Assembly: GCA_030295235.1 (NCBI GenBank)
Contig: AP026164.1
Location: forward strand, 868,001-932,000
Direction of reading: 5' to 3'
Length of the DNA: 64,000 nucleotides
Source: Fistulifera solaris
Taxonomy: Eukaryota
The position numbers and the translations under genes are program-made. This document shows positions 1 to 13,223 of this stretch, one piece after another (position 1 is the stretch's first letter; each line of letters starts with the position of its first letter). The notes beneath the pieces are model-generated. The model was not told the DNA's origin and ran no database searches. It saw nothing but the letters and a program-made list of their open reading frames with translations.

Positions 1-1448
1 GAAGGCCCGATTCCGGTACATGATTCATTCCCCCATTCTGAATGAGATTCGCTAAGTTGTCAATCGACTGTAACGACTGAAAATCGAGTGACATCAGCGC
101 GTCAAAGCTATTTTGCCTCTGACCTTGAAGCATGCTTGACAAAGAACCAGACGAGAGGCCGCCTCGATCACGGGCGAGCTGTGATAGCTGATCTCGTGAA
201 AGCCCGGTCTTCAACATGAGATCGCTAACGGATGGGTTGCTGGAAAGACGAGCGGCTGTTGATCGATGAACACAAAATGAGAATCCATATTTCTCAAAAA
301 CGAAGATCATTCGCGATTTGGCCCCCTTACCTGAAGCACTGTGAGCAAGCTGTGCCATTGACAACCCGCTTCCACCTCCTGCGGAAAGACCACCACTATT
401 GCCCGATCGAACTGCAGCGGCGAGGAAGTTGCTTGCCGAGGATTGATTCTGTTGTTGTAAGCTCTGCAGCACCGATTGCTGCGAAGCTCTGCGTTGAAGC
501 GCGGCTAGGAGATCTCTGCTGTCTTTATTTGACTGAAGCGGCTGCTTATCGTTGTTACGTTGAAAAAGGCTTCCTCCTAATAATGCACGTCCGGCGGCAG
601 CTGCACGGCTACTGGATCCTGATAGGTTGGAGGCTGCAAGAAGAGCTCCGTTGCCGTGCTTGAATCCAAGGGGCGGTTGCAACCACGGTGGACTAGGAGG
701 CTCGTGATGTCCCTGACGCGAAGCTCCTCCCATGTTGTTTTGATTCATTCGTTGAAGATCATGACTCCCGCCCAAGCTGTTTCCTCCGCCGCCAACTGTC
801 ATGGGCACATTCGAATTGTTCGGACCCCCCGTGCCCGCTCCTGCACCTACCCCAGAAGATTTGACCCGATTCGTCTGAGCCACACGCTCCAGAAAACGGC
901 GTTCCAATCTTTAAAAGTGAACAAAAGGAATGCAATGAGGAACTACAGAACAGGCGAACGAATCAAACCACTCTAGCAACCAGGGACTTACTCGGACAAC
1001 TCGGCGCGTGATTTCTGTATTTGTTCCGGTGTTAATCGATTCAAATCAGCCGTGCGTCTACGAAACACCTGCTTTCCGATGCAATTGCCTCCAACAAACT
1101 TCTTGGATATTCTCATAGGGTCACAATTGAGCAATTTACTAAGAAAGGTACGCAAGGTAGTACCATCGGTTAAAGGCAGCAATCCTGCTTTGAATTCCTG
1201 AATCAGACGATTGGCATAAGCTTCCTCTTCGGGGGTCCATTTTCCGCGACGAAGAGGAGGTCCCTTCTTTTCCCGCCGTTACCAACGCCGCTGTTGTTGT
1301 GTTGTTGCTGGGCTTGCTGTATCTGCTGCTGTTGCATTTGCAGTGCTCGGGCCATGACTTGTTGTTGCTGAGCTCGGTCATTGCTAGCGGCGATTAGACC
1401 ATCCGCTTGGGCAGCACTCTGTGCTGCCTGAAGGATGAGAGAGGACAT
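1..1448 (-). CDS. Stramenopile-type putative transcription factor (Myb/SANT-like RRGKWTPEEE...NCDPMRISKK domain with Q/S-rich low-complexity regions); 3' end runs off the window
   Basis: ORF pieces 1203-1448 and 988-1182 join across a frameshift near 1260 to give LRRGKWTPEEEAYANRLIQEFKAGLLPLTDGTTLRTFLSKLLNCDPMRISKKFVG. A GT-AG intron at 991-909 restores ...ELSE|LERRFLER. Coding-like sequence continues to base 1 (SFDALMSLDFQSLQSIDNLANL). Possible extra 5' exons up to ~1613 are unresolved. Confidence 0.75.
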
Positions 1449-2448
1449 GCTGCACCAACATGGTAGAAGGGGAGGTTAGGTATTCTTTGAATTGCGGCGC
1501 AGGAGGAGATCACACACACGTTGCTGCAGTCTTTCATTTTGTTTGTTGCAGCCCTATGATTTGTTTCTCGAAGAGCGAAGAGCGAATAATATAAACAAGG
1601 ACTTACCCTCCATCGTTGAACGAGTCGGACATGATGTTGAACTAACAAGCAAGACTTCTTGCTTTCTTCAATCAAGTAACTTGAGCTTCAAGGTGTTTGT
1701 GTAAAACAATCAGCCTGTTTATGTTGAACGTTGAACCTGCACCGACAGCAGTGGTCGCTGGACGCTGGACGGTGAGAGCGGTGAGCGGCGATCCGCTGTA
1801 TTCTCCGCCGCTCTTATGGAGCCGCTCGGAGTGGAATAAAAGGCATGACGCCACGTTGTCTACCAGTTTGACGTGGTCTCACGGGTTCACCCAACGCACG
1901 TGAACTACAATCTAAACTATACCTGGTACCTGGTGCTCTAAAATCCTGACATCTGCTTCAATTTGAACAGCCACAAAAATGACATGTTTCTGGTTTATGG
2001 CCAGTAAACCTTACCGTATACCGTAATCAGCTCTCAGTACTCAATAGTGCATAAAGCATAAAGTGGAAAAACTCCGAAAGCCAAAGAATACAATTTGTGT
2101 GAACTCGAGGAATTTCAATTGGACACTTCTTCGCTAATAGTCGGAAGTACCTTGTATGTTCTATAGACTAGGATATATACAGGCACTCTAATACTAAGGT
2201 TTAAGAGTAAAATACCTTCGACGTTCGTTGAAAAGATTAACCTGAATCCTATTGTTGCTTCCGCGCAGATGTCCTCGTCCTCGTCGCTTTCACCTTTCAA
2301 CGCATTGCAACGCCGAAAAGGAAAAGGGGTGCGGCGGATGCACTACGTAGAATTATTATAATATTTGTTCAATGAATGCCATTTCCTCCGTAATTTTCAA
2401 TAAAGCTGCTCCGTTTTAATAAATTTTTCATCAATTGACAAAAGAAAG

Positions 2449-4966
2449 ATGTTAGCGGCTGTGCAAGCGTCGCATAAACGCACCGACGAGCTCGTCAATC
2501 TAATGGACCAGATGGACGACGCGACAACGGAAGCGTTTCAATGCTGTGAATGGTTGAACCATCGGGCGAAGCAGCTGGACGCCCTGACTAGCCCGGCTTC
2601 GGACGCCAGTAGTATGCTAAGTCGAGCAAATGCTAATCTGGCGGCGACTCTCGTTCTTATGAAAGACGCCCGCGAGAAATTTGATACGGTGCAAGATTGT
2701 GAGCCAGCGATGGAACGATTGGACAAGGGTGTCAAAGATATGGAAGAATCCGGTGAAAAGACCAAAAAGAAAAAAATCGTCTTTGAAGAATCGGGTCGTT
2801 CTGACGGAGCAAGATGTTTACGCGGCGGGAGACTCGATTGAAATTCTGCGTGATGCGTTCCAGTATTTCAATGCAAGAAGCAGTTGGCGTTCGGCACCTT
2901 CCACACTTTCAGCGCTGGAGCGTTTGCACAAGACGGGCGTCGACGCAATGTGCTCACTTATTCAGATTCATTTGAAAAAAGCCGGGCCTGCTGTTAGACC
3001 GAAGAGAAGCCTCAAGAAAGACATTTTGCCTGCAGATGAGACTGCGCAACAGGTACGAAATGCGTCGTATTTTTACGCTTACGGACATTTCATCTTCTCA
3101 CTCTTTTGGTCAGACACGCGACAGACTCGCCGATGCTTTGCAAAATAGGGATCTTCTCAAATCCATCGGGGAGTCAGAAGAGTATCAACCCATCGAGGCG
3201 CGTCCGATACGAGAGATTCGTGCCATCTTCGATTGTCTCGGCAGTCATGGTTACACGTTGGGGCCCATTGCAAAGAGAGAGCCGGTCGGGCTCTCGGAAA
3301 TCTTTGGTATTCCAGCGCATAAAGTAGCACGAGTGGAAAAAGTGGGTGCTGGTAGCTTTTTGAATTTGATGAAGCAGGAACTTCGTACCGGGTTCCCTCA
3401 GTTGGATGCATACGGCGAGGCCCGAAAGTTTACGGCGTATTTTGCAATGGATGCTTTCTACAAACGAATAAAACAGGATAGAAAGAAGAAGTTAGAGAAG
3501 GCTCAGGAAACCGCAATCGCTCATGCCGCAATGACAGGAACCAAAGTAAAGATGGTGGACGACGCGGATGCGGCGGCCCGCGATGCAGTTCGGTGTCTCG
3601 AGCATTGCATGGTTATTGTAGCCGGTGAGAAGTCCGTATATCGTACTATCATCACACCATCTTTGGCGTTGAGGAGTAGTGAAGGATACGACGAAGATGA
3701 AGCTGAAACATCTCCGTTTTTCAAGAAGGCTTGTGTTGGAGCGTACGCACATGTAGTTGGGACTGTCATTGATCGAACCTTGGACATCATTGAGACTGTT
3801 TTTCTGAAGGAATGTGGAATTGGTCAAACTTCGGGCAAAGAAAAGAGTGACAAAGATAAAGAACCCCTTTTGACCGTGCGTGCGGCTGCGTCTGCTGCTG
3901 CTGCCGGATTACGCATGCTAGACGGTGTCCGTATGCTTGGGCCGTCGTTAGCAAAACTCAGTGAAATGATTGTTGGCGATGGACAAACAGATCCAAGTGC
4001 CAGCATTGCAGCGTCACTTTGCATCGCAATTCATAGAACAACGGTCAAGAACTCGGCAAGGACCCTCGAGAATCTCGCAAAAGCCATTCAGGACGACCCC
4101 CTCAAAGGTCCGCTGCATCGCCCTAAAGATGCAAGCGTATCTACAGTCACTTCCGATGTGGTGCATGCGATTCGGCTTGTCTCTCCTTTTGTAAGCGCGT
4201 ACAAAAGTGTATCGAAACGACGGTAAGTGCGATTATCACGATTTGTTACGGCTTTCCGCTTTTGTTTCTGACGAATCATTGGAATCTGCACAGTGCTCTC
4301 CCTTGGGATCCAAATTTGGGTGAGGGAGGCAGGTGAGCTCGACTCGTTCGTCCGCTATCTGGTAATGCGACTTTTCAATTCATTGAAGGGGAAGGCTTTG
4401 AACTATACGAAGGACCAGCGTGACGATAGTCAGGCTAAGAGCAATCTTTTCCTGTTGAACAATGCATTCTATCTATTGGAAGAGCTTGGTCCTGACTCAG
4501 GGCACAACTTACAGCAAAACAGCAAAGAACATTACCGCATTGAGGGCTCTTGGTTCGTCGATAAAGTTCAGAAACTAATGGAATCTGAGAAAAACAAATA
4601 TTTGTTACACTGGGAGGCCTTAAATACACATTTAACTGCGGTCGCAAACCAGAACCTTGAGTATCAAAAGAACGACTCTAACATTTTGTCTCATGATAGT
4701 GGTCGTCTCATCAAAGAGCGTTTCAAAGGTTTCAACGAAGATTTCGAACGCACTTACGCTTTGCACAAAAGTTGTGCGTAATCGACCCTCGATTACGGCT
4801 GGAGCTCCAGCAGGCCGTCAATAGTGTCTTCTTGCCACGATATCGACGCTTTCACGACAAGTACACAAAAATCCGGTTTTCCAAAAAGAATCAAGAAGCT
4901 TATACGAAGTATCACCCTGATAGGATTGAGGAGATGTTGGCCGATCTTTATGTGGATCCTGAGTAG
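2449..4966 (+). CDS. EXO70: Exocyst complex component Exo70
   Basis: N-terminal coiled coil. Exo70 C-terminal signature: LFLLNNAFY, IKERFKGFNEDFE, IDPRLRLELQQAV...FLPRYRRFHDKY...YTKYHPDRIEEMLADLY. Introns 3053-3113 and 4223-4293; frameshifts near 2770, 4318 and 4770. Confidence 0.9.
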
Positions 4967-5052
4967 TTACACGTGCTTCTAACAAACTTTGAAACGATGA
5001 AAAATACGTATGATGCCTAATTAACAACCACAACCGAATCCGAAATAGTGAC

Positions 5053-8000
5053 TTAATCTTCATTAGCACTTTTGACTTTTAAACGAAGTTTGGTCACGAC
5101 CGTTCCACCATCCAACCCTAATGCCCTGCGTTGTTTAGCTGCAGAGGCAATCCATCCGCCATGTCGAAAGGCGGCGTCACGCTCGATTGGAGGGAGCGGC
5201 TGCCCGATTCCTTGCTCAGTAGCTGCCATTTCTGCCGATACCTTGCTGCCTTTGTTAATTTCAAAAGCTCTCATGACCATTTCTCCGCGCCAAGCTTGAC
5301 GATCTAATTCTGTGTCGACAAAACGACTGATATCTTCTAGGGAAGTCTCTTCTGAACTGGCCGCCGCCTTCTCTTCCTCAGATATTTTCATTACCTTGTG
5401 TGCCCCGAGTTCAAAGTAACGCGCTTCGTTCTCGCGCAATTTCCAAGATTGCACTTGCAACACAGCATAGCAACCGCGCGGCCAAATCCACTGCCAAAGA
5501 GCGAGTAATGAACAACGTAACATGCCATCAAAAGCACAAACACCCCTATTTCCCGAAGCATGGCCCGTAGAAGGAGGAGGATCTGCCGGTTCTCCATTGA
5601 TTGTGCGCCAGATGCGTGTGGCAAACAAAGCTACGCGAACAATAACAGCTTCAGTAACTTTTTTCTTTTGGGTGACCTGCTCGTCCGATTAAACGCAAGC
5701 CTCGCCTGGCCCCGTCATTTACAGCTCGTGCGGCTGGCAAGTAACCCCCAGCAACATCCATCAGCATTCCGCTTCCGTTATCTCCACCATGACTGGCGCC
5801 AAGAGGTCCATTGAAAAATCTAGAGCCGCAAGCAACCAAATCATTTCTTCCACCGATTGTCCCAACACGTTGCATCGAGCACACCTTGCCCGTGCAAGCA
5901 TCCATCATTATTAACGAAAGAGTCTGCCGAAGTTCAGGTGATGTACATGGGTCTAGGATGCATCAATCAGATGTCATCAGAAGTGCAGTTTACGCTATGC
6001 AAAATGACAAGCGATGAACTCACCTAAAATGCGTTTCAGCAAATACTCTAGCCCAATTAAGAGTCCCAATGGTTCTGCTTGGGTCTCCAGACGGTCAGAG
6101 GCGCAACAGATACAAACGGTGGCTTGCGCACAAGCCGCCCTAGTCAGATCGTTCCTCAAAGACTTGCTATCATAGATAGAAAGATAGAAGTGGGCCGACG
6201 TTATGTCTTCCTTGGGATGGTCCTCCATCTGGTCTTCTAGCGAAGTGTTTGAACTACATTGCTTTAATATTGCCAGGTTAGCGAGCGATACAATTGCGCA
6301 TGAGGATATCACATCGTAGCAGTTTCCTGAAATGCCTGTGCCGTCCTCTCGAGCCAATTCTGAACGAATCCGTTCGCGATATAATTCCCAGTCTAACCAG
6401 TTGCGAGCCGCTGAAATTATTCGATCGAGAGGATGAGCGCCAGAGGCTTGAACCTGTTTTCCTGTTGCAGGGTCGGTTATCATTTGTGGTCGGGAGTTTA
6501 TGTGACTCAAGGAAAGTAGAGCGTCAGCCATGAGCATGGAAGAGATATACGACAATGAAGGCGCTCTACGGCATCCTGACGTCGTGACCTCGTTTATTCC
6601 AATCTTGTTTTCCCTATTGGAAGCCTCTTCTCGAAGCTTTTCCGCCTTTTTTCTCTCCATCAACTCCTCGTCAGGATAAACAAGGTGCCCCACCATCTCT
6701 GCATCTTCTGACTCAAGAACAGCCGCGAGCATTTCCAATGATCTAGACGGTGTAAGACCGTCTTTGGCACGGATACACGCAATGGCTGTGACGGCGGCAG
6801 ATCGTACCCTGTACTCTTCGTCTTCTTCTATTTCAACATCTTCGGCTTCGTCAAGCGCATCTTCTCTTTCCTCGCCTTCCTCCAATAAGTCAAGATAGCG
6901 ATACACTTCCTCCTCGGTCGACTTCGTTGTCGTAGCTGCGGGATCGCCAGAAGCTGGGGCCTGTTGAAGACTTAGTTCTCCTGTTCTGAGCACCAATCGT
7001 GAAAATTTTATCGGCATAATAGTATCATTGCTAACAAAACGCTCGCTGAAATACTGTAGCAAAAGCGTCAGCCCCGTCCAGTGATCCGTGCTAGTACTAC
7101 TTATTGTTGGTGGACCTTTGTTGTTCTGCCACTGGGCAATGCCGAGCGCTGCCTGTGAGCGGACTGTAGGTGTGTGCGGTAGTGAACTGTGAATTGCAGG
7201 GGACCCCCGCAAACAGTCTCCCAGAATTCTCACAGGCAGTTCTGATACGCTAACATCATAAATAGCTTTCGTTTTCGAAGGAACTTGAATTTGTAAAGGT
7301 CGCTCTGCTAACGCTCGGATGGCATCAACCTGAGCTCCTGCATCGCCGTCGTGGTAAAGTTGCTCAGCTAAGCAGGCATCGGGTTGCAAGACAGATATTT
7401 TTCCTCCATAGAGACCCATAGGATCGACGCGTACCCATAATAAAGGTGTCAAGTTTGTTAAACGAATCAGTTCAATCGCCTGATACCCACTGCGATGAAA
7501 CTGCGCTTCAGTGAAGACGCTACTTGAACCTGGTCCTACTTTTTCACCTCCTGCCGCAACCTGTGCTTTAGTCGTTGTAACAGGCTTAGCATGCAGAAAC
7601 GAAGTGCCCCAATCTTTACGACTGCCATCTGTTGAAAGCTCTTTTACATATTCGCGGAAGTGACCTTCATTCTCTACAACGCGGATCGTGATTGGACCAC
7701 CATATGCGGTGCCACCTTCCGGAATGATGGGTTCTGCATATGTCTGCAGTTGAATACCTTTAGTAACCGCAGTGTCTTGATCCCACGCAGACACATCTCT
7801 CGCAGCTTCAACATGAACACCTACTTTGCAGTAGAACATCGACGATCCTCTCACAAAAGAATTAGGGAATCCCTCTGAATCAACGAAAGGACCATGCGTT
7901 CGCGGATCTTCAGCGTGTCTCTCGACATCGACTTGTGTACCCATTAATTGGTGCTCTTTGACTCTCCCACAGAGGTTGCGCAGGGCCCTTGTAAACAGGT

Positions 8001-10836
8001 TGTGGGTTAAACCTTTCCTTTTCAAAATCTCGTTCACACAAAGCACGAAAGGCTGGTGGGGACTATGGGGGCCATCAGAGGTAAACGGAGGAGGATCCGT
8101 AGAAGTAGTTGAGACGTCTGGCTTCTTCTCTTTATATATTGGCAACGACAATTCGGTGTGGCCTATGTCATCTAAATAGGCAGCCATGAAAGCGGCCCGG
8201 ACGACTCGAATGAAATTTGCAATACCTGCTCGTCCTTCCACAACGCATCGTAAAACATCAGATTTAACTCTTCGATACACAAGACCACCCAATGGGTGCA
8301 TCATATCAACGGCACCACATCCCATGTCACTGCTAGAGGACGCATTGCTCGATAAGAAGGTAAGGGAAAGGTGGGAGCCGAACCAACCCATTGAAGGAAG
8401 CGGGACACCCTTGTCTTTGTCCGTTCCGCGCTCCAATGCTTCCAGAAGGTCACGTGTTAAAAGCTGCCGTACATTGAATTCGTCCATTCCGCTTGTGTGC
8501 GATTCTGTCCCATTGATGGCAGCTCGCCAAAGTTGTTCGTTGTGACGATCCTCTGTAGCAAGATCGTAAGAATAGAGTTCGGTCACTAGAGCGAGACGTT
8601 ATCACATTAATCTTAGCTTACCGACCGGCACTGCCCCAACACCTTCTACAACAACATCGACATCTTCAATATTTTGCACTGGAAAAAAATCAAGATTTGG
8701 GCTATTGAGACCTGAAAAGGTAGAGTATCGAATAGAATGGAAGACACTCCCGGGTGCTCCCCCCTATTATGGAAGAAAACGGTTAGAACAGTCGACAAAG
8801 GAGACTACCAAGCTTTGGTTCTTACCTTCCCCATGCGCCCCATGTCCACGCTCGTACAGACTCATAATCAATGATTCAATCAAGGAAGGTAAGTAACCCA
8901 TACCGACGTCATCATTACCTCCTAGAGGTAAGACTGCGGTGATCCAACCACGCACAACTGATCGCGCTTGAAGAAACTGAAGAACGCGACCACCTTGGTA
9001 ATAGGGCAACCGCGACCGTATAGGTGCGAGGAGACGCGAATCCATAATGGCTCCACCAAGAAAGGGATTTGATAACACTTCTGGGCAACTGTGTAGAGAC
9101 CCACTGGAGCAACCACCATGTACGGCACCAGGTATCCATATTTGTGTGTATGCAGCACTCGGAAAAGTGGGAATGGCAAGAACGTCTCTAGTCATCGACA
9201 GCGCACGATGAGGAACACCAGCAGTGGCATGCAAAATCACATTTTCTATATCCCTACTTTTGTTTTCTTGCTTCTGAGAAAGAGGGATGAGTTGCAGCGC
9301 AACATTCGGTATCAGAGTCAAACTTGCAAACTGATGAAGGAAGCAACGCTCGAAGAACGGTGCAAAATAAGCCTGACGAATTCCTTCACCATTCTTCCTG
9401 GCACTTTCGATTGCTTCGTAAAGACGTTCGTCTACATTGCCCTCTTCTTCGTCCGCGTCCTCGTCATCCTTCTCTATCCCCTCCAACAGACTTGCTCCAA
9501 AATATTCGGGATCCTCCACGACTTTGAATGGTCCAACAGCAAAGCCTAACGACCTGGCAGGAACCGGAGCCCAGATATGAGAACACCAAACCTGTGTTGC
9601 CAAAAGGTTATCAATGGATGTTGTTTTATGATTGGCGGCACGGTCATGAGGAATTAAATGCGCCTGTTGACTTTCGTTACCGCGCGCAACCTGCAGCATT
9701 GTCGCAAGACTACTGCCGAGCTCCTTCTGGGCTATCTCCAGCTCGGCCGCTTCAAATGAGGCTTCATGTAATAAAGTTTCACTGCACCCAAAGTCTTGGC
9801 CTGCACCAATGCACAAGAGACCGTGACGATAGGGGGCGGTGACTTTGACAGCCAGCTTGTGGGTTGTTCGATGCCTATAGGAAGCGGAATCAATGCAAGG
9901 GAGCCATGTGCGGGTGCCTTCGTGGTCACCGTGAACCCCCGTAGTAGTGTATAAATGAGGAGTGCGGTTCGTGGTCAGTGCGTGAAATCCACCCAGGTGA
10001 TTGACTGCGTCGGGGAGGGGAATAATGTAATCGACTGTGACTTTGAAAGCGCGATTTCCCTTGCTCGAGACCATGCCCGCTGCCAGTCGTTGTGCTACCA
10101 AATCAATTCTCTTTTCACGTTTCTGTTGCAGTCGTTGGGATAAATTATGTTTGAGTCGCCCGACCGTCTCTCCTTCCTCCGCCATTGCCGGGGAGGCCAA
10201 TTCGGCTTTCCAAAGTTGTTCTGCCGTACTAGGAACGGGAAAGACCGGAACCGCACACGAAATTCGCAATTCCCCCATATTACTAGCTATACTCGCGGCC
10301 CGCAAACCGGTCGTCATGCCCACGGCGCCACGCGACGACTGTGCATCCGCGTCAAATCGAAACTCGTCCGAATCCGTGTACGAAGAAGGAGGCTTGATGA
10401 GGACATGTTCCAACGGATCGAAATGAAAGAATGTGGTGTGCAACGGCTGTAACCCATTCTTTGACATGGCTTCGACCCGGACTTCTTGCACGTGACACGC
10501 TCGCAAGTGCAGCGCGAGAGAGACCCGATTCGGTTGTTCGGCGTGCGAGTCGCTCGTCAGATAGAGTGAGGTTGTTCCGCGACCGTACCATTTACTTTCT
10601 CCACCAGGTGATTGATGAAAGAGAAAATGGAGAGAGCTAACTTGATGAAGAACCGAATGCTCTGCTACACTTGCAGTTGGTGGTGGTGTGGGTGGAGGAT
10701 TGAAGCATTGTCTCTTGGGAGGCGGTGCGGTCGCGGACGAGGCCCGTTTCGAGGCATCGCTGGAAAGATTGAGCCGCAGCGTTTGCCCCTGTCGTGAAGG
10801 AGGCTTCTCACCCTCTGTATTTCCTGCCGTTGACAT
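5053..10836 (-). CDS. TAF2: TFIID subunit 2 (M1 aminopeptidase-like fold)
   Basis: Motifs RTWLPCID, LGFAVGPF, WVRVDP and QLYHDGDAGAQVDAIRALA match TAF2. Introns 8825-(8764 or 8712), 8621-8553 and 6023-5953; frameshift in the T-run near 5660. Confidence 0.85.
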
Positions 10837-11246
10837 GATATAGTAATTGTCGTATTTTTGTATACTCTTACACAAGATACTTGTGATGTTTCACCCTTTG
10901 TTTTACCTGGTATAAATCAGAGCAGAGCAGAGGATCCCCTTTGCACTGGCAACTGGCAATTGACAATCTCAAGGGGAGACTGAAGAGAAGTCATACTGCG
11001 GTAAGGTTAAGGTTTCCGCTGCCATTGTTCACGGTTCACGGTACCAGGTACAATTTGTCGACGACGACTTCCTCATGCCATCCAGTATCCAGTTGAGCGA
11101 GAATTATGACTTAATCGATGAGGTTAAATCTAAGGAGTATATACTCCTTAGGTTGTATTATTGTTGTTATTCGTGGATTGACTCGATAAGCTGGCAGATA
11201 CAAGTATATTTCCCTTGGAGGTGCACGCTCTTGTGATCGCGACCTT

Positions 11247-11292
11247 TCACCACGACTGCATTTCAGTCATGAATCATATTCTTCCGAGGAGT
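11247..11292 (-). repeat. Dispersed stem-loop repeat (GATTCATGACTGAAATGCAGTCGTGG)
   Basis: Near-identical to 54265-54310 and, in the opposite orientation, to 42178-42203. Confidence 0.7.
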
Positions 11293-11687
11293 CAGGTTGA
11301 GGTTTCCCTATTAATCTATCTACCCGCTACCTGGTAGGCAATCTTCATTATTTGTCCTCATTACAATGCAATTGCTTCTCATTAGTATTTACCTTTGCAG
11401 AAGTGAAGAATTTTCATCATAGTAAACGCCCTTTCTCCCCATAAACTGGTATCGCCTTAATCATCGATCGTGCTAATCGTGCATCGTGCTAATGGTACGG
11501 TCTGGCCATAACCTCCTCTAATCAATTCTATGTCCAGTGTACCAGGTACAAAGTATACCACGTGGCAGTCGAAACAGAAAAAAAAGCTGCACTTATTGAG
11601 TTCTCATCTCAATCTATCTATTTAAACGTTCCTAAAACATCCTTCGTTTTTAAAAAGCCCTAACAAGGAACAAGAAAAAGCACAACA

Positions 11688-13181
11688 ATGATGCGAAAAC
11701 AAACAAGAATATCATGTGTAGGGATTTGTTCACTACTTTGGAGTATTATGGTCTCTTCTTATATTCCTAGTTGGGCCAAAGAAATCGAAGCGACCGCCGA
11801 ATGGACGTTGTTGGGAGAGAACGACACGATAGATGCTGGCATGCACATTCGTATCGACATGACGACGGGTGAAAAGTGGGTTAAACTAATCAGTGATGAT
11901 GAGAGTCACGACACCAAGTCATCGACACAAGAAGTGCAAGTGTCGACAGAAGGTGGAATGCAACTCGTCCCCAGCCAAGATTCTACGGACACGACCACAA
12001 TCCCTTATGATTTTGACATGATGCATCGGACACTATCGAAACTTCCGGAAGACGAACAAGAACAACTTGGACTTCCGTCTTTACCGGAAGGGACGGTGGA
12101 ATCTTTGTCGGCGAACGAGCGACACGAGTTTGAACGAACCATGACGAACATATGGGAAAAGCGACAGGCGCAACTGAAAGCAGTCATGGAAGAATCGGTC
12201 GCTGACCTTCCGGAAATCTTAAAAGACCGAATTGCTAAAATACAAGAGTATATTATGGACCCAGTAGCGCATCTGGAGTCCGCTGATTTTGACAATACAG
12301 TGGATGGTCAAGTCAGTCACATATTGTCCGTGGTTCAAGATTTGGAATATTCACTCTCCGATGTGGATATGGCACGAGACTTTTTCACCATGGGAGGTTG
12401 GAACTTGTTACTATCTTTAATATCTGAAGATGTTCATACATCGCCGAATGCAACGTCGACGCACCATTTAAGAGATAAAGTCAACATGCTTCAGGGACAC
12501 GCCGCATGGGCTTTGGGGACGTCAGTGAAGAATGTCGGAGAATTCTATCCATTTGCCACCGCAAAAGTTCATTTGGTCTTAAGCGGAGAGAAAAATCGTG
12601 TTGTTTCTGCAATACAACTACTCTTGGATGAGTACGACCATGCGACAACAAGCGAACTCGAAAGCGACGAATCGATGCAGTCTCGCAATTTTAAATGCCA
12701 AAAGCTGATATATGCCATGGGGTCGCTGCTAAGAGCAAATAGAGCCGCACAAACTCAATTTGTCGGGTATGGTGGCCCAATGAAGCTGGGAGTTCAGCTT
12801 GTAAAATCATTTGAGCAGGATGAGAGCATGAGGCCGGGAAAGATAAAGGAAAGTCTACTTGTGCTCGGAAACGATCTTGTTTCTGATGTCAGACTTCATC
12901 CAGGAAAGTCGGAACAAGTTGATGATGCTATCATTCAGAGCCTTTCAACAAGCATTTGGTGTGATTCCATCTTTTCGGCGCTCAAAGGTGATTTCCGATT
13001 ACAAGAAAAGGCTCTTGAAGCTATCAGAACGTTTCTTCCTTACTGTCGATGGCAAGCAAATGATATCACTAATGCGCTATACCATCTCCGATCATCTTGG
13101 GAGGGAAGTGGCAATGAAAGAGACGCCGATGTGCAAGACGAATTACTGAAGCTAGTTGACTCAACTCTTGCTATGCTCTAA
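11688..13181 (+). CDS. SIL1: ER Hsp70 (BiP) nucleotide exchange factor, SIL1/Fes1 family
   Basis: Signal peptide. SIL1-type N-terminal motif EWTLLGENDTIDAGMHIRIDMTTGEKWVKL. ARM-like core with DLEYSLSDVDMARDFFTMGGW, AAWALGTSVKN and KLIYAMGSLLR. Confidence 0.8.
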   Translation: MMRKQTRISCVGICSLLWSIMVSSYIPSWAKEIEATAEWTLLGENDTIDAGMHIRIDMTTGEKWVKLISDDESHDTKSSTQEVQVSTEGGMQLVPSQDSTDTTTIPYDFDMMHRTLSKLPEDEQEQLGLPSLPEGTVESLSANERHEFERTMTNIWEKRQAQLKAVMEESVADLPEILKDRIAKIQEYIMDPVAHLESADFDNTVDGQVSHILSVVQDLEYSLSDVDMARDFFTMGGWNLLLSLISEDVHTSPNATSTHHLRDKVNMLQGHAAWALGTSVKNVGEFYPFATAKVHLVLSGEKNRVVSAIQLLLDEYDHATTSELESDESMQSRNFKCQKLIYAMGSLLRANRAAQTQFVGYGGPMKLGVQLVKSFEQDESMRPGKIKESLLVLGNDLVSDVRLHPGKSEQVDDAIIQSLSTSIWCDSIFSALKGDFRLQEKALEAIRTFLPYCRWQANDITNALYHLRSSWEGSGNERDADVQDELLKLVDSTLAML

Positions 13182-13223
13182 TCCCTGAAATGTAAATTAC
13201 TTTTTTCTCCAACCAACGCTTGT

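Noticed and set aside
1450..1613. Possible spliced uORF (MEGLQQTK*) upstream of the Myb-like gene
   Set aside because: Exon boundaries are ambiguous, and a single A-run error could turn it into an ordinary coding exon.
1920..1934. TACCTGG read as a U1 snRNA 5' end or as a Dcm (CCWGG) methylation artefact
   Set aside because: No U1 body follows any copy, and a methylation artefact would not create intergenic-specific palindromes.
8586..8621. Apparent 36-nt mini-intron in TAF2
   Set aside because: An in-frame acceptor with a better pyrimidine tract (TCTTGCTACAG at 8553) gives a normal 69-nt intron.
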